Made by a program: the position numbers and the translations under genes. Shown piece after piece: positions 1 to 13,300 of a stretch of DNA of 64,000 nt; the first letter of the stretch is position 1; every line of letters begins with the position of its first letter. Source of the DNA: Ascidiella aspersa (taxonomy: Eukaryota); NCBI GenBank assembly GCA_963924565.1, contig OZ004609.1:33046001-33110000 (forward strand), read 5' to 3'. The notes under the pieces are model-generated. The model saw only the letters and a list, made by a program, of their open reading frames with translations. It was not told where the DNA came from and did not search any database.

Positions 1-916
1 ATCTAAATGAATATAGCATGGAAACTTTAGTTTAATCTAAGAAAATAGTGTCGTAGATGTATATTTTCATTTCGTGCCAACCATGTAACTTTCCGCACGA
101 AAAATTGTGAACACACCTAACAAAAATTAATAAAATATCTCGATTTTTTAAACAAAGGTTAAGGCATAAAAATTCTATAATTGAGCTATTTATAATTGTC
201 TGCATTCGAGCGTAACTTAATGGATCTCGTGCGAAACGTAATATTCTAATTTTATAAACATTTTAAAACAACAACTGACAAACTGTTTTTAATATTTTGC
301 TTTTGAACTTTGTTTTTTTAAATGGCTTACGATTTAGGACTCTGTCGTACATCGTTGCCAAAATCCCCTTTTACCGTATTTTAGTGTTTAGAAAACTACT
401 TGTGGCGCTGGTTTACAATTCTATCACATTTTAGTACGGTGGTTTCTAAATTGCTAATATTATTTGAGTTGTGGTACGAGTTAGTGTTCAGGTTTCGGTG
501 GGTCAATAATTATTATATTTACTCCAACATTTATTTATTGCCATTTCAGTTTTGCCGACTCGTTTCATTAGTGTAAAACAAATAGATTATAATCTCTTTG
601 GTGTAAAAAAAGTGGGAGGATTCGAGACAGTTTTTTTTTATTAAGGCGCAGCCCCAGGCCAAACTGTTAACTGAAGAATTTACATTTGAATTACATTGCT
701 AAAAATAAAAAAAAATTGGAATCTTAGTAGTCAAAACCTGAATATATGTACATTGTACAACTACATTTATATGGCTTGTATGACAGAAATACACGACAAT
801 TAAAACTACTAGTTTCAATAGTTATACATACCCAAGTTAGTGTTTGGTAATTTATTCAACTGTTTTTAGTAAAGCGATAAACCTCCCCTTTAAATGAAGA
901 GGTGATCACAAACACA

Positions 917-2163
917 ATGCCACTAGGAAAAATATACCTACAGCTTGTGACTGGAAATGTAGGTGAGCCTGTATATCAAATAGAATGTGAAGGGAACTGG
1001 ACAATCAGCGATTTGAGACATATAGCAGAAACCAAATATCCTTGTGCAAGGGTAGGCATGGCATGTATTTTTAAGCATTTAATCTATTTTGTTTTAACGT
1101 ATGGCAAAACATGCTTATGTAAAAACTGTTTCAGAGTCTCTACAACATCCGGTATATGAATAATGGAGAACTATTGCCACCAGACACTCCTTTATCAGAT
1201 ATATATGAGGTAAGACAAGGATAGATAACATAAATCGGTATGTATAGAAGTTCAAACTACACAACCTTATAAGTGTAACCACATTATGTATCTCTTAAGC
1301 AAGTTATCGTTCTTAAACTTATATGTACAACCAGTAGATTATTTTTTTTTAATCATTGTTGTATACACTTGACTATTTTAAAGCAATTTGTGTTCATACC
1401 TGGGTTAGTAAATTGCCCACTTGAATTATGTAAAAGGTTTAGTTGTGGTTGGGTCCTAACCTAAAAAGTATTTTTCCATTTTTAAACACCCGGAATTCAG
1501 CTAAAAGTGTTATGAAATAATACAGGCGTCCAGTATAAAAAAATGGTTTACAAGTACAACGCTGGGCTTTAAGGGGCAAAGTAGTCCTAATTTGCAGTAA
1601 TGCTTTTTTCAGTTACTATAAAACTTAATCAGAAATTTGATGTTTAAAGATCAGAGATGAGCCTCACATTGAACTCATCAACGAAAAAGGTCCTTATACA
1701 CCGTCCTATCCAGACCCCCCACCTAATTTGTAAGTAATAAATTTAGAAATTTATAATAAAAATTTAGTTTTAACAGACACTAATTTATTATATCTTTTGA
1801 ATATTAATAATTTTTATTGCAAGATTTATATCTGTAAATAATCAAGTGCAACTTTTTATATGTTAATAAGAGTCATCTATTCTGAAAAACTGAATTTTCA
1901 TTGCTATCTGACAGCCAACTTTAAAACAGATCTCAATTCTTTTTCTGTGATGAATAGCAATAAAACCAATTGCTTCTTTTTTTGCAACAGTGTGCGCATA
2001 AGCAAAATTGTTTAAATGAGAGCTTTACGAAAATATCTTTAAATTGTTTTGTCGCAGCACTGAGGCTGGTTGGACACCTGAGAGGGTTGCCGGCTACTAC
2101 AGAGAATTCAGTTCTCAGGCCAGCTCTCATTATAGAGATGAAATGGAAAGACTGTGTTTGTAA
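917..2163 (+). CDS. Small ubiquitin-like (beta-grasp) domain protein, ~131 aa, 4 coding exons, family not recognised
   Basis: Exons 917-1051, 1135-1209, 1650-1729 and 2058-2163 join in phase across GT..AG introns; an in-frame TAA at 878 lies upstream of the ATG. Translation: MPLGKIYLQLVTGNVGEPVYQIECEGNWTISDLRHIAETKYPCARSLYNIRYMNNGELLPPDTPLSDIYEIRDEPHIELINEKGPYTPSYPDPPPNFTEAGWTPERVAGYYREFSSQASSHYRDEMERLCL*. YQIECEGNWTISDLR and IRYMNNGELLPPDTPLSDIY parallel ubiquitin ITLEVEPSDTIENVK and QRLIFAGKQLEDGRTLSDY. AATAAA at 2334-2339. Confidence 0.7.
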
Positions 2164-2457
2164 AGCTTCACCATTTAAAAAGTTGTGAATGATTTGTATG
2201 TCGAATTTTAAATAATGTAACAGAACATTTTTGCCCTTTTATTGTATGTTTCAATAATTATGCATTCTCTACATTGTCTTACGTGATTTTTTGGATAATT
2301 TTAAACATTTATCTATTGGTGATTTTTAACATCAATAAAGAACTGCATTGCACTTGTAAATTTTTTGAAAAGTATCAGAAAGTTGCTATAACAAAAAGCA
2401 GTAGATAGGTTGCAAAATAGGGAAATACCCTTTATCTCAAACTGCTTTCAGAAAAAG

Positions 2458-5400
2458 ATGACATGGAAATTGGAAACTTCGTTTAGTGATTTTAAGCACA
2501 TCTTTCGGCGCTTAAAGTTTGTACTATTAGTATATGCCATTGGGGCATATGTATGCTTACAGCAGATTATTTACAAATATGTCTATATTACCAAGAATAC
2601 GAAAAATGTTGATTGCTTAAAAGACGAAACAGAAAAGCCTCAAGGTATGGTCTCCATTTGATATGATTTATATAAAGTTGCAACCTGAATATAAATGGTT
2701 TTAAAAGTGGTTTGCCAAATAATAAACACAATTCTGTTAAAGCAAATAAATAATAATGGCTCAGGTTAAGTCATATCACTCAGTTTAAAGGTGTTTTTTA
2801 GACAATACAAACGTTTTGTGTTCAGCCTAAGCAAATATTGTTGACTTTATTATTCTCAAAATGTTTTTTTTAATATTTCACAAAAAGTCTTGTTATTTCT
2901 ATTGTTTTTCTAAAAATCTTATGTAGTTAGGGTTATTTTGTTGATGGAATGGATGAAGGGCATCAGCCCTTGCCTTTGGTTTAGAAAACAAATTACTTCA
3001 AAATACATCTTCTATTTTTAGATGAAAGAGTTGCGATTGTAACAGGAGGTTCTTCAGGAATTGGTCAGGCCAGTGTTAAGAAGTTGTTAAACCTGGGGTA
3101 CGTTGTAATTTCAGCCTCAAGAAACCATTGTGAAAGAGGTAGTTAACTTTACTATTTATTTACATATGACTTTAGGCAGTTGTTACCAGACTGAAGCCTG
3201 TGGGCCTTCTCTGGCCTTATATACCTAAAATATCATCATTAGTTGTTTGTTTACAAATAAGTTTGTTAGTTACAAATCTAAACAAAATTTTAACGAAATT
3301 TTTAAAAAAACAATAATTTTGTAAAGCTTTATTTTGTCAATGCATGATTTGTTTTTCGTGCATTTTACAGTAATAAAGTCACAAATGTTTTGAACTAAAT
3401 TTTATCTGGCCTGCACTTTTAGTCCTTTTTGTTACCGGCCCTTTATAAAAATGTTTCAAAGCAATCTTCAAACATGAGTGATAAATAAAAATACAAATCA
3501 ATATTATCTATGTTTAATGGTAAAAATAGCGGCCCAAATAGACGTTAAAAGCGACATGCTTTTTATACCGATGTGGCCTTCATATCACTGATGATGGCAT
3601 TAGAATTTGCCGAAACGTGATCCGTATATAGTGTTCCAAAATGTTATCTATGATTTTAAAGTCATCTTTTAATATTATAGTTGTTAATTATATAATAGCT
3701 TTTCCTTTTCAGTTTTTGTCAAATATTCTGAGTAATGTATTTATGCTTTAGAATTATTTCCTACTGAAGAGAATTACCATGAACTTTTTTTAAATCTTGC
3801 TGACCAGGAAAGTGTTGTTGATTTTGCCAACCATATTAAGAAAAACTATGAAAAAATTGATTTGCTTCTTAACTGTGGTAAGATTGCACAACAGCAAATA
3901 TTTATGTGTCATTCCAAATACATATACCAGAGTGAAATAAACTATCTTTTTTAGCTTTGTTCAATATTATGAATCAAGCAAAATGTTTGATATTATGTTT
4001 ACTCTTTTTTAGGGTTTTACATTTATGGCCAACATTTTATTAACATTAGTGATCATAAAGTACATTATCAAGCTATGGTAGCTGCATTATGTTTACCCTT
4101 TAAAATATACCAGTAGGCCTATACTTATGATTGATTTGAGAATGGATTTTCTTTTATTAGTATTGCAAAGCTCAAAGCCTATATTTTTTACAGCTGGTGT
4201 TATGTTTGTCCCATTGCAAATGGCAAGTAAAAATGTGGAAAATCATGTGGCAATCAACTACCAGGGTCATTTCTTGCTGGTGAAACTATTGCTACATCAT
4301 CTTACCAAGGCCCAGGATTCTTGCGTAATCAACTTGACATCTTCTACAGCTTGGTTGTGCACCGAAAATACTCCTGAACTATTTAGTACTCCAACCACTA
4401 AGTAACTACCTTTGGCTAGTACTCTAGATTTTATTTTTAAATGTTTGTTTTACAGTGTTCTAATGACTTAAGTCAGTCAAAGAAAATTGTTTTAATTAAG
4501 TATTACTGGTATACAAAATAGGGTTACTTGTTTTAATGTTTGTACATACAATGTATTGCCTGCTGTTGCATTTTTGATATTTCTTTAGTTGAATTATTGC
4601 TCAGAATAAAGAGGTATTTGTTTACCAATATCAGTACTATAATGTTTAATTTTTATGACAAGGAATTGACATGGAATTGACTTTCTCTAATTATGACTCG
4701 AACTATCCTAAAAGACTTAACTTGGACTTACGTTGTTTTATGAATGACTTGACTTGTACTTAAGTCATTTCAAAATGACTTGTTTACAACCCTGAAGTTT
4801 GATTTTGTTACAGTTCAGCTTACCAGCCCAATTTCAAAGGTTGTGTTGCATCAAGTATTTTCAAATCTCATTTCAGATCTTATTCTCCCCATGCTTCATA
4901 TGCAGCAAGCAAGATGATGCTTATTCTATTCACCTACAAACTGCAGAATAATTTGAAGTTTACTGATGGTCACGTTAATGCCGTAGTCTATGATCCTGGG
5001 ACAGTTTTAACACCACTTTACCAACATTCTGGTTCACTGTTTAATTTTTTTATGTGGATGTTTGGAAAAATATTACTGAGGGTAAGTGTATGAATATTGA
5101 TAATTTGAATGTACCTATGATTATGGTGTTACTTTAGTCTTTTAAATAAATTATCCACATTAGATTTGAATGACCATTTAAACCTAAATAAGATTATCTA
5201 AAATTTAGATAAAGTTATATAAAAAATAGCTTGGATTTTTTTCTTCATGGTTAAAATATTTCTAAATATTGTGTAAGAAGAATTTTATTTTCTAATATTA
5301 AAAATAACCTAAAACTATTTTTTTGTAAATCATGTTATTCTAGACTCCAGATGAAGCAGCAGATGATATTGAACACATATTGAAGAATGACAAACCAAAA

Positions 5401-5514
5401 AACAAATATTTTGTTGGTTGGAAAAGAAAATATGAATACAGTGGTGTTTGTACCTACAAGGCTGACTTACAAAACATCTTATGGCAAAACAGCGAATGTG
5501 CCATTATTAAATAA
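2458..5514 (+). CDS. DHRSX: DHRSX-like short-chain dehydrogenase/reductase (polyprenol/dolichol pathway SDR)
   Basis: Exons 2458-2644, 3022-3138, 3752-3877, 4194-4401, 4877-5081 and 5344-5514 join in phase. SDR motifs: RVAIVTGGSSGIG, LNCAGVMFVP, NYQGHFLL, YSPHASYAASK (catalytic YxxxK), DPGTVLTPLY, TPDEAA. N-terminal LLVYAIGAYVCLQQII matches the DHRSX-type LRVYAVGAAVILAQLL, and YSPHAxY..SK..L.LFTY.LQ is also DHRSX-typical. Confidence 0.88.
4453..4794. mobile_element. Degenerate MITE of the CAGTGTTGTAA / GACTT-repeat family
   Basis: Ends cagtgttctaatgacttaagtc and tgtttacaaccctg, with internal gactt repeats; same family as 43247-43695 and 27880-28311. Confidence 0.6.
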
Positions 5515-5839
5515 AAAAAATGTTGTTATTTTCTCTCTCTTTATCCAATTAAAATAAAGCTTTGACAGATAAATTGTAAAAAAGTGGCACTTCTTTGTGT
5601 ATATAAGGTTTTCCAAGGTGAAATTTTATATATCATTGTCAAAATTACCCCTTGAGGGGTAATAACCCACAGATCAAGAACCCTGAATTAAAATGTCGGC
5701 AGTATCTCAGCTCTTTATTAATGCGATCTGTACTTTTGTGTACCACCAATCCACAATGTTTTTTGATAGTGAATAAAATTGTTTTTTTGTTTTTTATATT
5801 TGATGTATTTGTCCGTTTCTGTGGTTTGTGTTCTACGTT

Positions 5840-6263
5840 ACCTATTGGCAATGACGCGCAACAATAAAACGATGCCTTGCATGTGGTATTTACCACAGCG
5901 GCACCTGAGTGTAATTTAACGGGGCCCGTTTAAAAGAGAAATGTTCCAGAGCTTTGCCCGATAAATCCTTCCGCAATACGAAAGTGAACTGAAGCAGAAC
6001 GACGACCCAGTAAACCAGCAACAGCAGAAAATTCAGAGACCGGAGCAATTCCTATCAGTTCACGCGTATCAAAGCATTACGTACAAAGCACATACAAACA
6101 GGCCTAACACCGGCTGGCTGATCATCGTTACGCTGCAGATATTATTAAGCGGTCAGTTCTGCAATTTTGACGCTACTCGCGAGACGAGACGTGAACTGTT
6201 CCATTATATTGATTCGTTTACTAATCGAGTATTTGGCGTATAAAACGATTCAAGCTTATTGAG
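5840..6263 (+). promoter_or_regulatory. CpG-rich putative promoter and non-coding first exon of the SLC9A gene
   Basis: Local CpG-rich island between CpG-poor flanks; ATTGG (CCAAT) and TGACG near 5845-5856; donor-like GAG|GTAGTG at about 6263; lies upstream of the first coding exon. Confidence 0.4.
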
Positions 6264-6586
6264 GTAGTGAGCTAGCCGAGTATTTGGGCAGTATAGGTTA
6301 TTTTCAGAAAAGTTAATTATTGACTAAACCACGTTGATAATGTTTGAAGAATGTAGTTAGACCTGTTAATAAACACCAGTGCCTATACTTGCAGTTGACG
6401 TTACAAGTGTGAACGTTACGAATACATGTTTGCCGCAATAAACATATGTTTTTATGTATTCCTACAAGCTGTCAAATGCAGATCGTTTCTTGCCAATAAC
6501 AGATCTGCAAATGGCGCCTAATTGGAAACAGTCAAAGGAAAATGCCATCTACGTTGAGCCCAGCATGCTGTTTAGTTGTATTAAGA

Positions 6587-6931
6587 TAGCGGTTCTCAAT
6601 CAGTGGGCCATGGCTCACTGGTGGGCCGTAAGAACATTTTGAGAGGGCCACAGACCAATTTAAACAAGCTAGACTTAGTTTTATTTGTGTCACTGTCTTT
6701 AGTTTTACAGGAATAGTGGATTGAGGGGAATTAAAAAGGATTGTAAATTTATTGTTCAGCCGCAAGTATCTCACTAATGCACGGTTGAATAAATAATCTG
6801 TTTTGAAATCTGTTCTGCTGTGTTTTGTTCTAAACCTATTTTACAGTTTTTTCATTCACAAAAATTAATTGGGCTGCAGAATTTTTCTGCAACATAAATG
6901 GGCCATGAAAGAAAAAGGTTGAGAACCACTG
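6587..6931. mobile_element. Non-autonomous hAT (Buster/Charlie-type) MITE
   Basis: TIRs tagcggttctcaa / ttgagaaccactg; perfect 8-bp TSD TATTAAGA at 6579-6586 and 6932-6939. Confidence 0.85.
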
Positions 6932-7260
6932 TATTAAGACGATATAGACCAAGTGTAGCATAGTTCAGACAAGTCTGTATTTTGTGGTGGGTGCACAATC
7001 AGGATTTTTTAAGTAATTTTTTTCTAACCTTAATTAAGTACTGCACAGCTGCAATTTAAAATGTGGATTTTTAACCTAAGGTGTGCAAAATCCATAATTG
7101 CTTACCTCGAAATTTAGTACTGCTCACCTAAGATCTCATCAAAAAGTTCCATGAAATGTAGACTAGGTTCAAGGAAATGTGTCAAGTGACCAGACAATGA
7201 TTAAAATATTAGAGTTATACAGACAATATACTAAAACAATGTTTTAAATATTTTTTGTCA

Positions 7261-7308
7261 TGCTGTCATCAAAGCCTGAATTCCTGCTGTCATCAAAGCC
7301 TGAATTCC
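7261..7308. repeat. Perfect 24-bp tandem duplication
   Basis: tgctgtcatcaaagcctgaattcc occurs twice in tandem. Confidence 0.85.
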
Positions 7309-7397
7309 ACTTTAAAATTTTATTTTTTATTTTAGGCAGGTGATAACAAAAAATATGCTTAGGAGTAAATTAATTTGATATCAACCAACTAATAAAC

Positions 7398-10300
7398 ATG
7401 GGATTTAAGGCAAGAGGCAGCATAAGAAAGAAAATCATTCCCATTTTATTTCTTCTTTCTGGAGGAATTTTGTTCTACACATACCAGCGGTGTTCTACTC
7501 ATGGTTTGTTACGTGTTTTTTTCTCTTTTTTGATTTAATTTGTTCTGCAGTAAATAAGTGTAAACCATGACAGCTCTTAAGTCTGTAATGATTAACACTG
7601 GAAAATAGCAATTTAAAGTAAAAACACTGTTTTGTTTGCGAAGGTGCTGTAAACTACTACTTGCCTATATAGATTTGTTACTACTGTCTTGTAAAATGCA
7701 ATTATGTTTTTTAAGCAATCATTTCAAACTTTGTATTTCACAGCACTGGAATTCTGATTTGTTTGTTTTATGTTGTTGACCAACAAAACCTTTCTGTTAA
7801 TTGCAGATGGATTTGTGCAACGTTTGTACAATCACAGACACATCCGCTCTGAAGGAGGTAGATTAAAATTTGATGTTCAAACATGTTTGTTTGTTTGTAC
7901 TTTGTTAGTGCATAAAATCCCCTAGTTATAACATGTTTTATCTTTGTGCTATATAATTTACAGATAGCTGAATTTTTTTGTTGTCCCAGTATTATTGTTC
8001 TTGGGTAAAGCCCAAAGCTATATAACACGTTCTTTACTATATTAAGTATAGGCTTTGTTCCAGTAATTTAGTTGTGTTCCTTTGGGAGCATTTATCCAAT
8101 TGATCTTGAAAGGGCGCATTGATTTTTAAAGCTATTCCTTGTAAATCCGTGACGGATATATATGCTCAGCAGCTTACAATTTACCACTGCCTTTATGCTT
8201 AGTAGTTTATATCTTTTGCATCAATACTAAATAAGAGTGTGATCTTAAGTCTGATTGCACAATATAAATTAGAAGACTGCAAAATAATTTTGTTAAATTT
8301 GTAATGTTGAATACCTTTACCACAATGGTTAACTGTTTTCAGTTAAAAAAACGTGTGCATACCTTTTATTACCATCTTTAATTACTGTTGTTGTAAGCAA
8401 ATTTATGAATAGGTTTTGTAATGTGTTTGTATATTGACAGCTACAACAACAAACACTTCTGGAAACCATTCAAGCACCAGTCATAACAGTAAGTTGCAAA
8501 CATGCTTTTCATGCAATTTACTCAGTGGTACTTCAGCTTTTAAGCTTACTGCACACAAATAAAACAAAAAACAAGTCGCTGTACACAGGATTTTAATTGA
8601 GTACGAAACTGCATTAAAAAAACTCCCTTACTATATGGCAAGGGATAAATGCATTGTGTTTATTTCAGTCTTGCATTTTGCTGCTGGATGTTGATTTTGT
8701 AAAGTGAATAGTTTTTCACAAATTACATAAAGTCTGTGACCCATTCCCGAAACTATAAGGGCACATTGCACATAATTCACTGAGTTGAACTATAAACTAC
8801 TTTTGAGTTTATTTAACTGTGTTTGTTAAAGTTTTTTTTTATCTCGGTTTCAACAACTAAAACTACGCTGAAGGACAAAACAATGTTTTTTCTCAATTTG
8901 TCATATGTTAAGGTTGTGCCCAGCAGCTATAAACAGTACCTGTACATAGTGGTTTACCAATGCACTTTGTTTGATTAGATGTGCGATACCAAGTGGCCCA
9001 GGTGAACTGGGAAAGGGTTTCAAACCCTTACTTGATCTCTGTATGGATTATTTTCGCTGGACTTGCAAAACTTGGTGAGTTATAGTCATAATCTTAAACC
9101 TGAAAAAATGCCTATAATTGAATGGCATAAATGAAAACAATTTTTTTTTTATTTAACTTTAATTACAATGTTTTTATTTCTTCAACCTAAACTTCATTTA
9201 ATGCTTAAAAATTATTCATATGATGTTTAGTTTCAACTAGAGTTGTACTACCCGAATAGCATTTAACCTATTAACTGCTCAGGATATTTTTCCTATCTGA
9301 TAACTGTGTTACTGTTGAGTGATTTTCCAATCATATATTTACATAAATTGTGAAAGATTTATAGCTAGTCTAAAAATAGATTTTTATTATCCAGTTCACC
9401 GATTAACTTAAAACAAATATCGGTATCCTACATTATCAATATCTGAATCAAGCCCTGGTTTCAACTAACTTATTTTATTTTATACATGGCTTTTAACAGA
9501 CACACTTTTTTACACTTTTTACGAAGTAGATAAACTATAAAATTATCGCTTACACCAAGGCGATTTATTTCTTTATGGGCTGGTTCCTTATCTTAGTTTT
9601 CTGATAATAAAGCAAATATTAGCTAAAGACACAATTTTCTTAAGTAAACATTCATACATTAGCATGAAAAAGAGTTTTTCAATTCTATTTATTTTTTAGG
9701 TTTCCACCTAATTCATAGAGTAGTGAAACGGGTGCCAGAGAGTTGTATTCTGATCTGTGTGGGGCTGATAGTGGGTGGCGTGGCCTACTCAATCGACCGG
9801 AACCACCACATAGAACAGCTCCTTTTCAATCCCGACACCTTTTTCCTTTTTATTCTGCCTCCTATTGTGATGGAGGCTGGATATTTCATGCCCAAGGAGC
9901 CCTTCTTTGAAAACCTTGGCACCATCCTAACTTATGCAATCATCGGAACTGTGTTTAACGCCATGGCTATCGGCGGATCGCTGTATGCTGTCTATTCGTG
10001 GCAGTGGATGCCCTGTAAGTAAATATTGATTTGTGGTGTTTTATCGCTGTTTTATATTAGTGGTTGGTCCTCAACCCCAACCATTTTAAAACCACCCGGG
10101 CATTGAAGAAATAAAAAATTACCTGCCTCAGCTTTTTGACTCATAACATAAAAATTGCTTGCGACACTCTTAGTAGTATTTTACCAAATTAGTTTTTACT
10201 GTAATGCTGCAATCAACCAAATTAAATAATAAACATCGTCTGTGTACAATGAAGGGAAATAATTTTTAATTAATTGTATCCAATCGCGCATATATAATTG

Positions 10301-13300
10301 TATCTTAAAAGCCAAGCTTTGAGAAGCTAACAAACTTTAAAAGTGCAAAATGTTGTTTAGCACGCTTTACTACTAGACACTCTTCCCTGTTTGACAATCA
10401 CTGCATTGGTTGATGTGGTCACATAGATAGAATCAATCAGTCTAGTTTCTGTTGCATTACTGTTACCTTACATTGGGACATGTTTAAAACCCAAATAAAA
10501 TTAAAAGTGTAAAAAGTGCATTATAATCCAGAGCAAATCAGAGACTTATAAATAGGTTGCCTGTTTGAGTACTAACGCTTTGTTTAATCGCATACATTGC
10601 ATAGTTTACCGAACCATTAAACCTTATGTGCCTGCCGGCATGCTAGATTTATGCAAGTTTGCAGAACGTTAAATTCTGTGCTTTAATGGACATATATAGA
10701 AATATAGGTGTATATATATTAGGAAAAAATATGTTTATTCAACTAACTAATTATGCTTTAAATAAATCAATATCATCCAAAACTAAGGTCAGACACTGAA
10801 AATAAAAAATTAAAACATTGACGCCACTGTTTTTTGCTAATTACACAAAACTAGTGCAGTTAAACTTTGAGTTAAATTTTTTTGCTTAAAGATTATGTGT
10901 CAATTTGTAAAATCTATTTTTCTGATCAGACATAGTTAAAAAGATATTTCAAGATTGTTGTATTTTGTTGTTAGACCTAGACGTGGAACTTACAGTGTTG
11001 CAGTGCCTTTTGTTTGGAAGTATAATTTCGGCCGTAGATCCGGTTGCCGTTATTTCTGTGTTCGAGGAAATTCATGTCAACACTGTCCTTTACATTTGCG
11101 TTTTCGGTGAATCACTTCTTAACGATGGAGTGGCCGTGGTAAGTTTCTAATAAAATATCCCCTTTGTCTAACTACAGTAATAGAAGATCTTTGTTTAAAT
11201 TGTTGCTTCTTTGATCAAAAGACGAAGTTTAAGTATCAATCTTTACAACTTGCTTTTCAATTTTGATTAAAATAAACACACATTTTTCTGCTTTTTAAAC
11301 AAGAAAAAAACAGATATCAAACAAGTACAAGAAAGAGTTTCACAGCAATTATATATATTATATTGATGTGCATAACCAGTTATAAATCAAATCAGTTTTA
11401 TTTTCGTAGATATTTCATAAAGGTTTTAGATTTCCTTAACAATACCACGCTTAAAAAATAAAAATTTGCTTAAAATTCTTTGTACCATATTCAATTTATT
11501 ATTGCTACCATTTAACACCGTAATGTTCTAACCAAATGAAGCAGTGTAGCTTGCTTTAGAGTCAAAAGTTTAAAGTCAGTGTCCCCTATAAAATAGTGTG
11601 AACTCATTCAAGGCTACCATTCTTCTGGGAATTGTGTACTGCACTCTGGCCCTCACATTTCCTTTCATGAGGAAGCATGTGGTAGACTGTAATTGATTTA
11701 GTTAAAAATGACTGTGATGTACTGAAGTCATTTGCCAGTGTGAGGTTTTAAACTTCATTCTCACTCTATACAATTTTATAATGTATTATTTCTTAGGGGT
11801 GGAAATAAATAGTGTATCAAATTACATGACCTTGTCATGTATTATCTTAACCTTTGATTTTTTCAAACATTTTTAAACAGTTGTTCTGCATAATAATGAT
11901 AATTTGTTTTTGAAGACAATAATTTTTTTTATTGATTGTGTTACTTAAACATATTATATTATGTCTTGCTATAACCTCCAAATATGTTGCTTTAAACATA
12001 TTCCTTGTGTGTATTTATTCTGCCTTGCTATAGGTAGATTTGCTGACTGTAGATTAAATGTTAATGATATGAAGTAAAAGTTAAAATTATTTATTTTAAA
12101 CACTCTTTTGTGTGATGTTTACATATATGTATCATTTGAACAATAAAATCAGTCAGCCATAGTTTGCTTCTACTGCATATAGCCACATCCTGTTCAACAC
12201 TGAATAAAACATCAACAATCATTTTTAGTTTGGTCAATCAACACATTTTGGCTTTGTTTCAGGGATAACATCCCTTAAAACTATTTTAAATGGATGGTAA
12301 ATATCAATGAAAATATGGTTGCTGTGCTATTCGTCAAACAACCCAGTCCAGTACTAAACATCCTGTATTATAATTTAGCAGACTATGTGTGCATAACCAT
12401 GCTTTGTAGCTTCTGGCAATGTTTAATCATGATAAGGCAAGATTATGTTTCTTGGACCTTGTTCAATGTTCATAGCATGAAACACATTTTTATATTTATA
12501 TATATAAAATTATGTATATATATATATATACCTTTTTATTTAATTTAGGCCATGGCAAAACGGAAGTATATTTTTTAGCTCTTTCATCAATATGAATAAT
12601 TGCACTACTTCAGTCATTTGCAAAAATAGGAATTTGATTTTTTTTTTTTAATTAAAGTTTTAATTACACAGGTGTAATTTCGTTTCCACCTTTAAGATAT
12701 TGTTTTTCTTGTCAAACGTGCAAAGGGGTCAGTCATGCCATAAAACAGTCTAATTGGATTTTGTGTTTTGTAACTACCCACCAATGTCATTTTTTAATAA
12801 TATTTTTCAGGTTCTGTTCAAAATGTTTGAGGGATACATACACATTGGCGAGAAAAACATCATTGGAATCGACATCGTGGCAGCGATTGCATCTTTTTTT
12901 GTTGTTGCTGGTGGCGGCCTGTTCATCGGAATATTTTTCGGCTACCTCGGCTCTTTTATTACAAAGTACACGGTGCACAATCGAATCATCGAGCCCACTT
13001 TCATTTTCGTTATCTGCTACATGGCTTATCTCACCGCTGAGCTCTTTCATTTGTCTGGAATCATAGCGTGAGTTTTGAAAAGCAATTTATTATGTAATTT
13101 TCATTCAACAGGAAACTCTTGGCATTTTAATCTTATGTCGAATGCTTAAGGTCATATGTCACTTTGAGATATCCTGAGAATTTACATATAAAAAATAAGA
13201 TCTCCAAGCAGAAAGAATATGAACAGCTGGCTGTATGTTGGCATTTTATTTCAAAAACATGTTTTCCAACACCAGTGTACATGGTTGAAAACTGATTGTG

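Noticed and set aside
1731-1733. TAA as the stop codon of the UBL gene
   Set aside because: It overlaps a consensus donor (TT|GTAAGT) that splices in phase to exon 2058-2163; it remains possible only as an intron-retained isoform.
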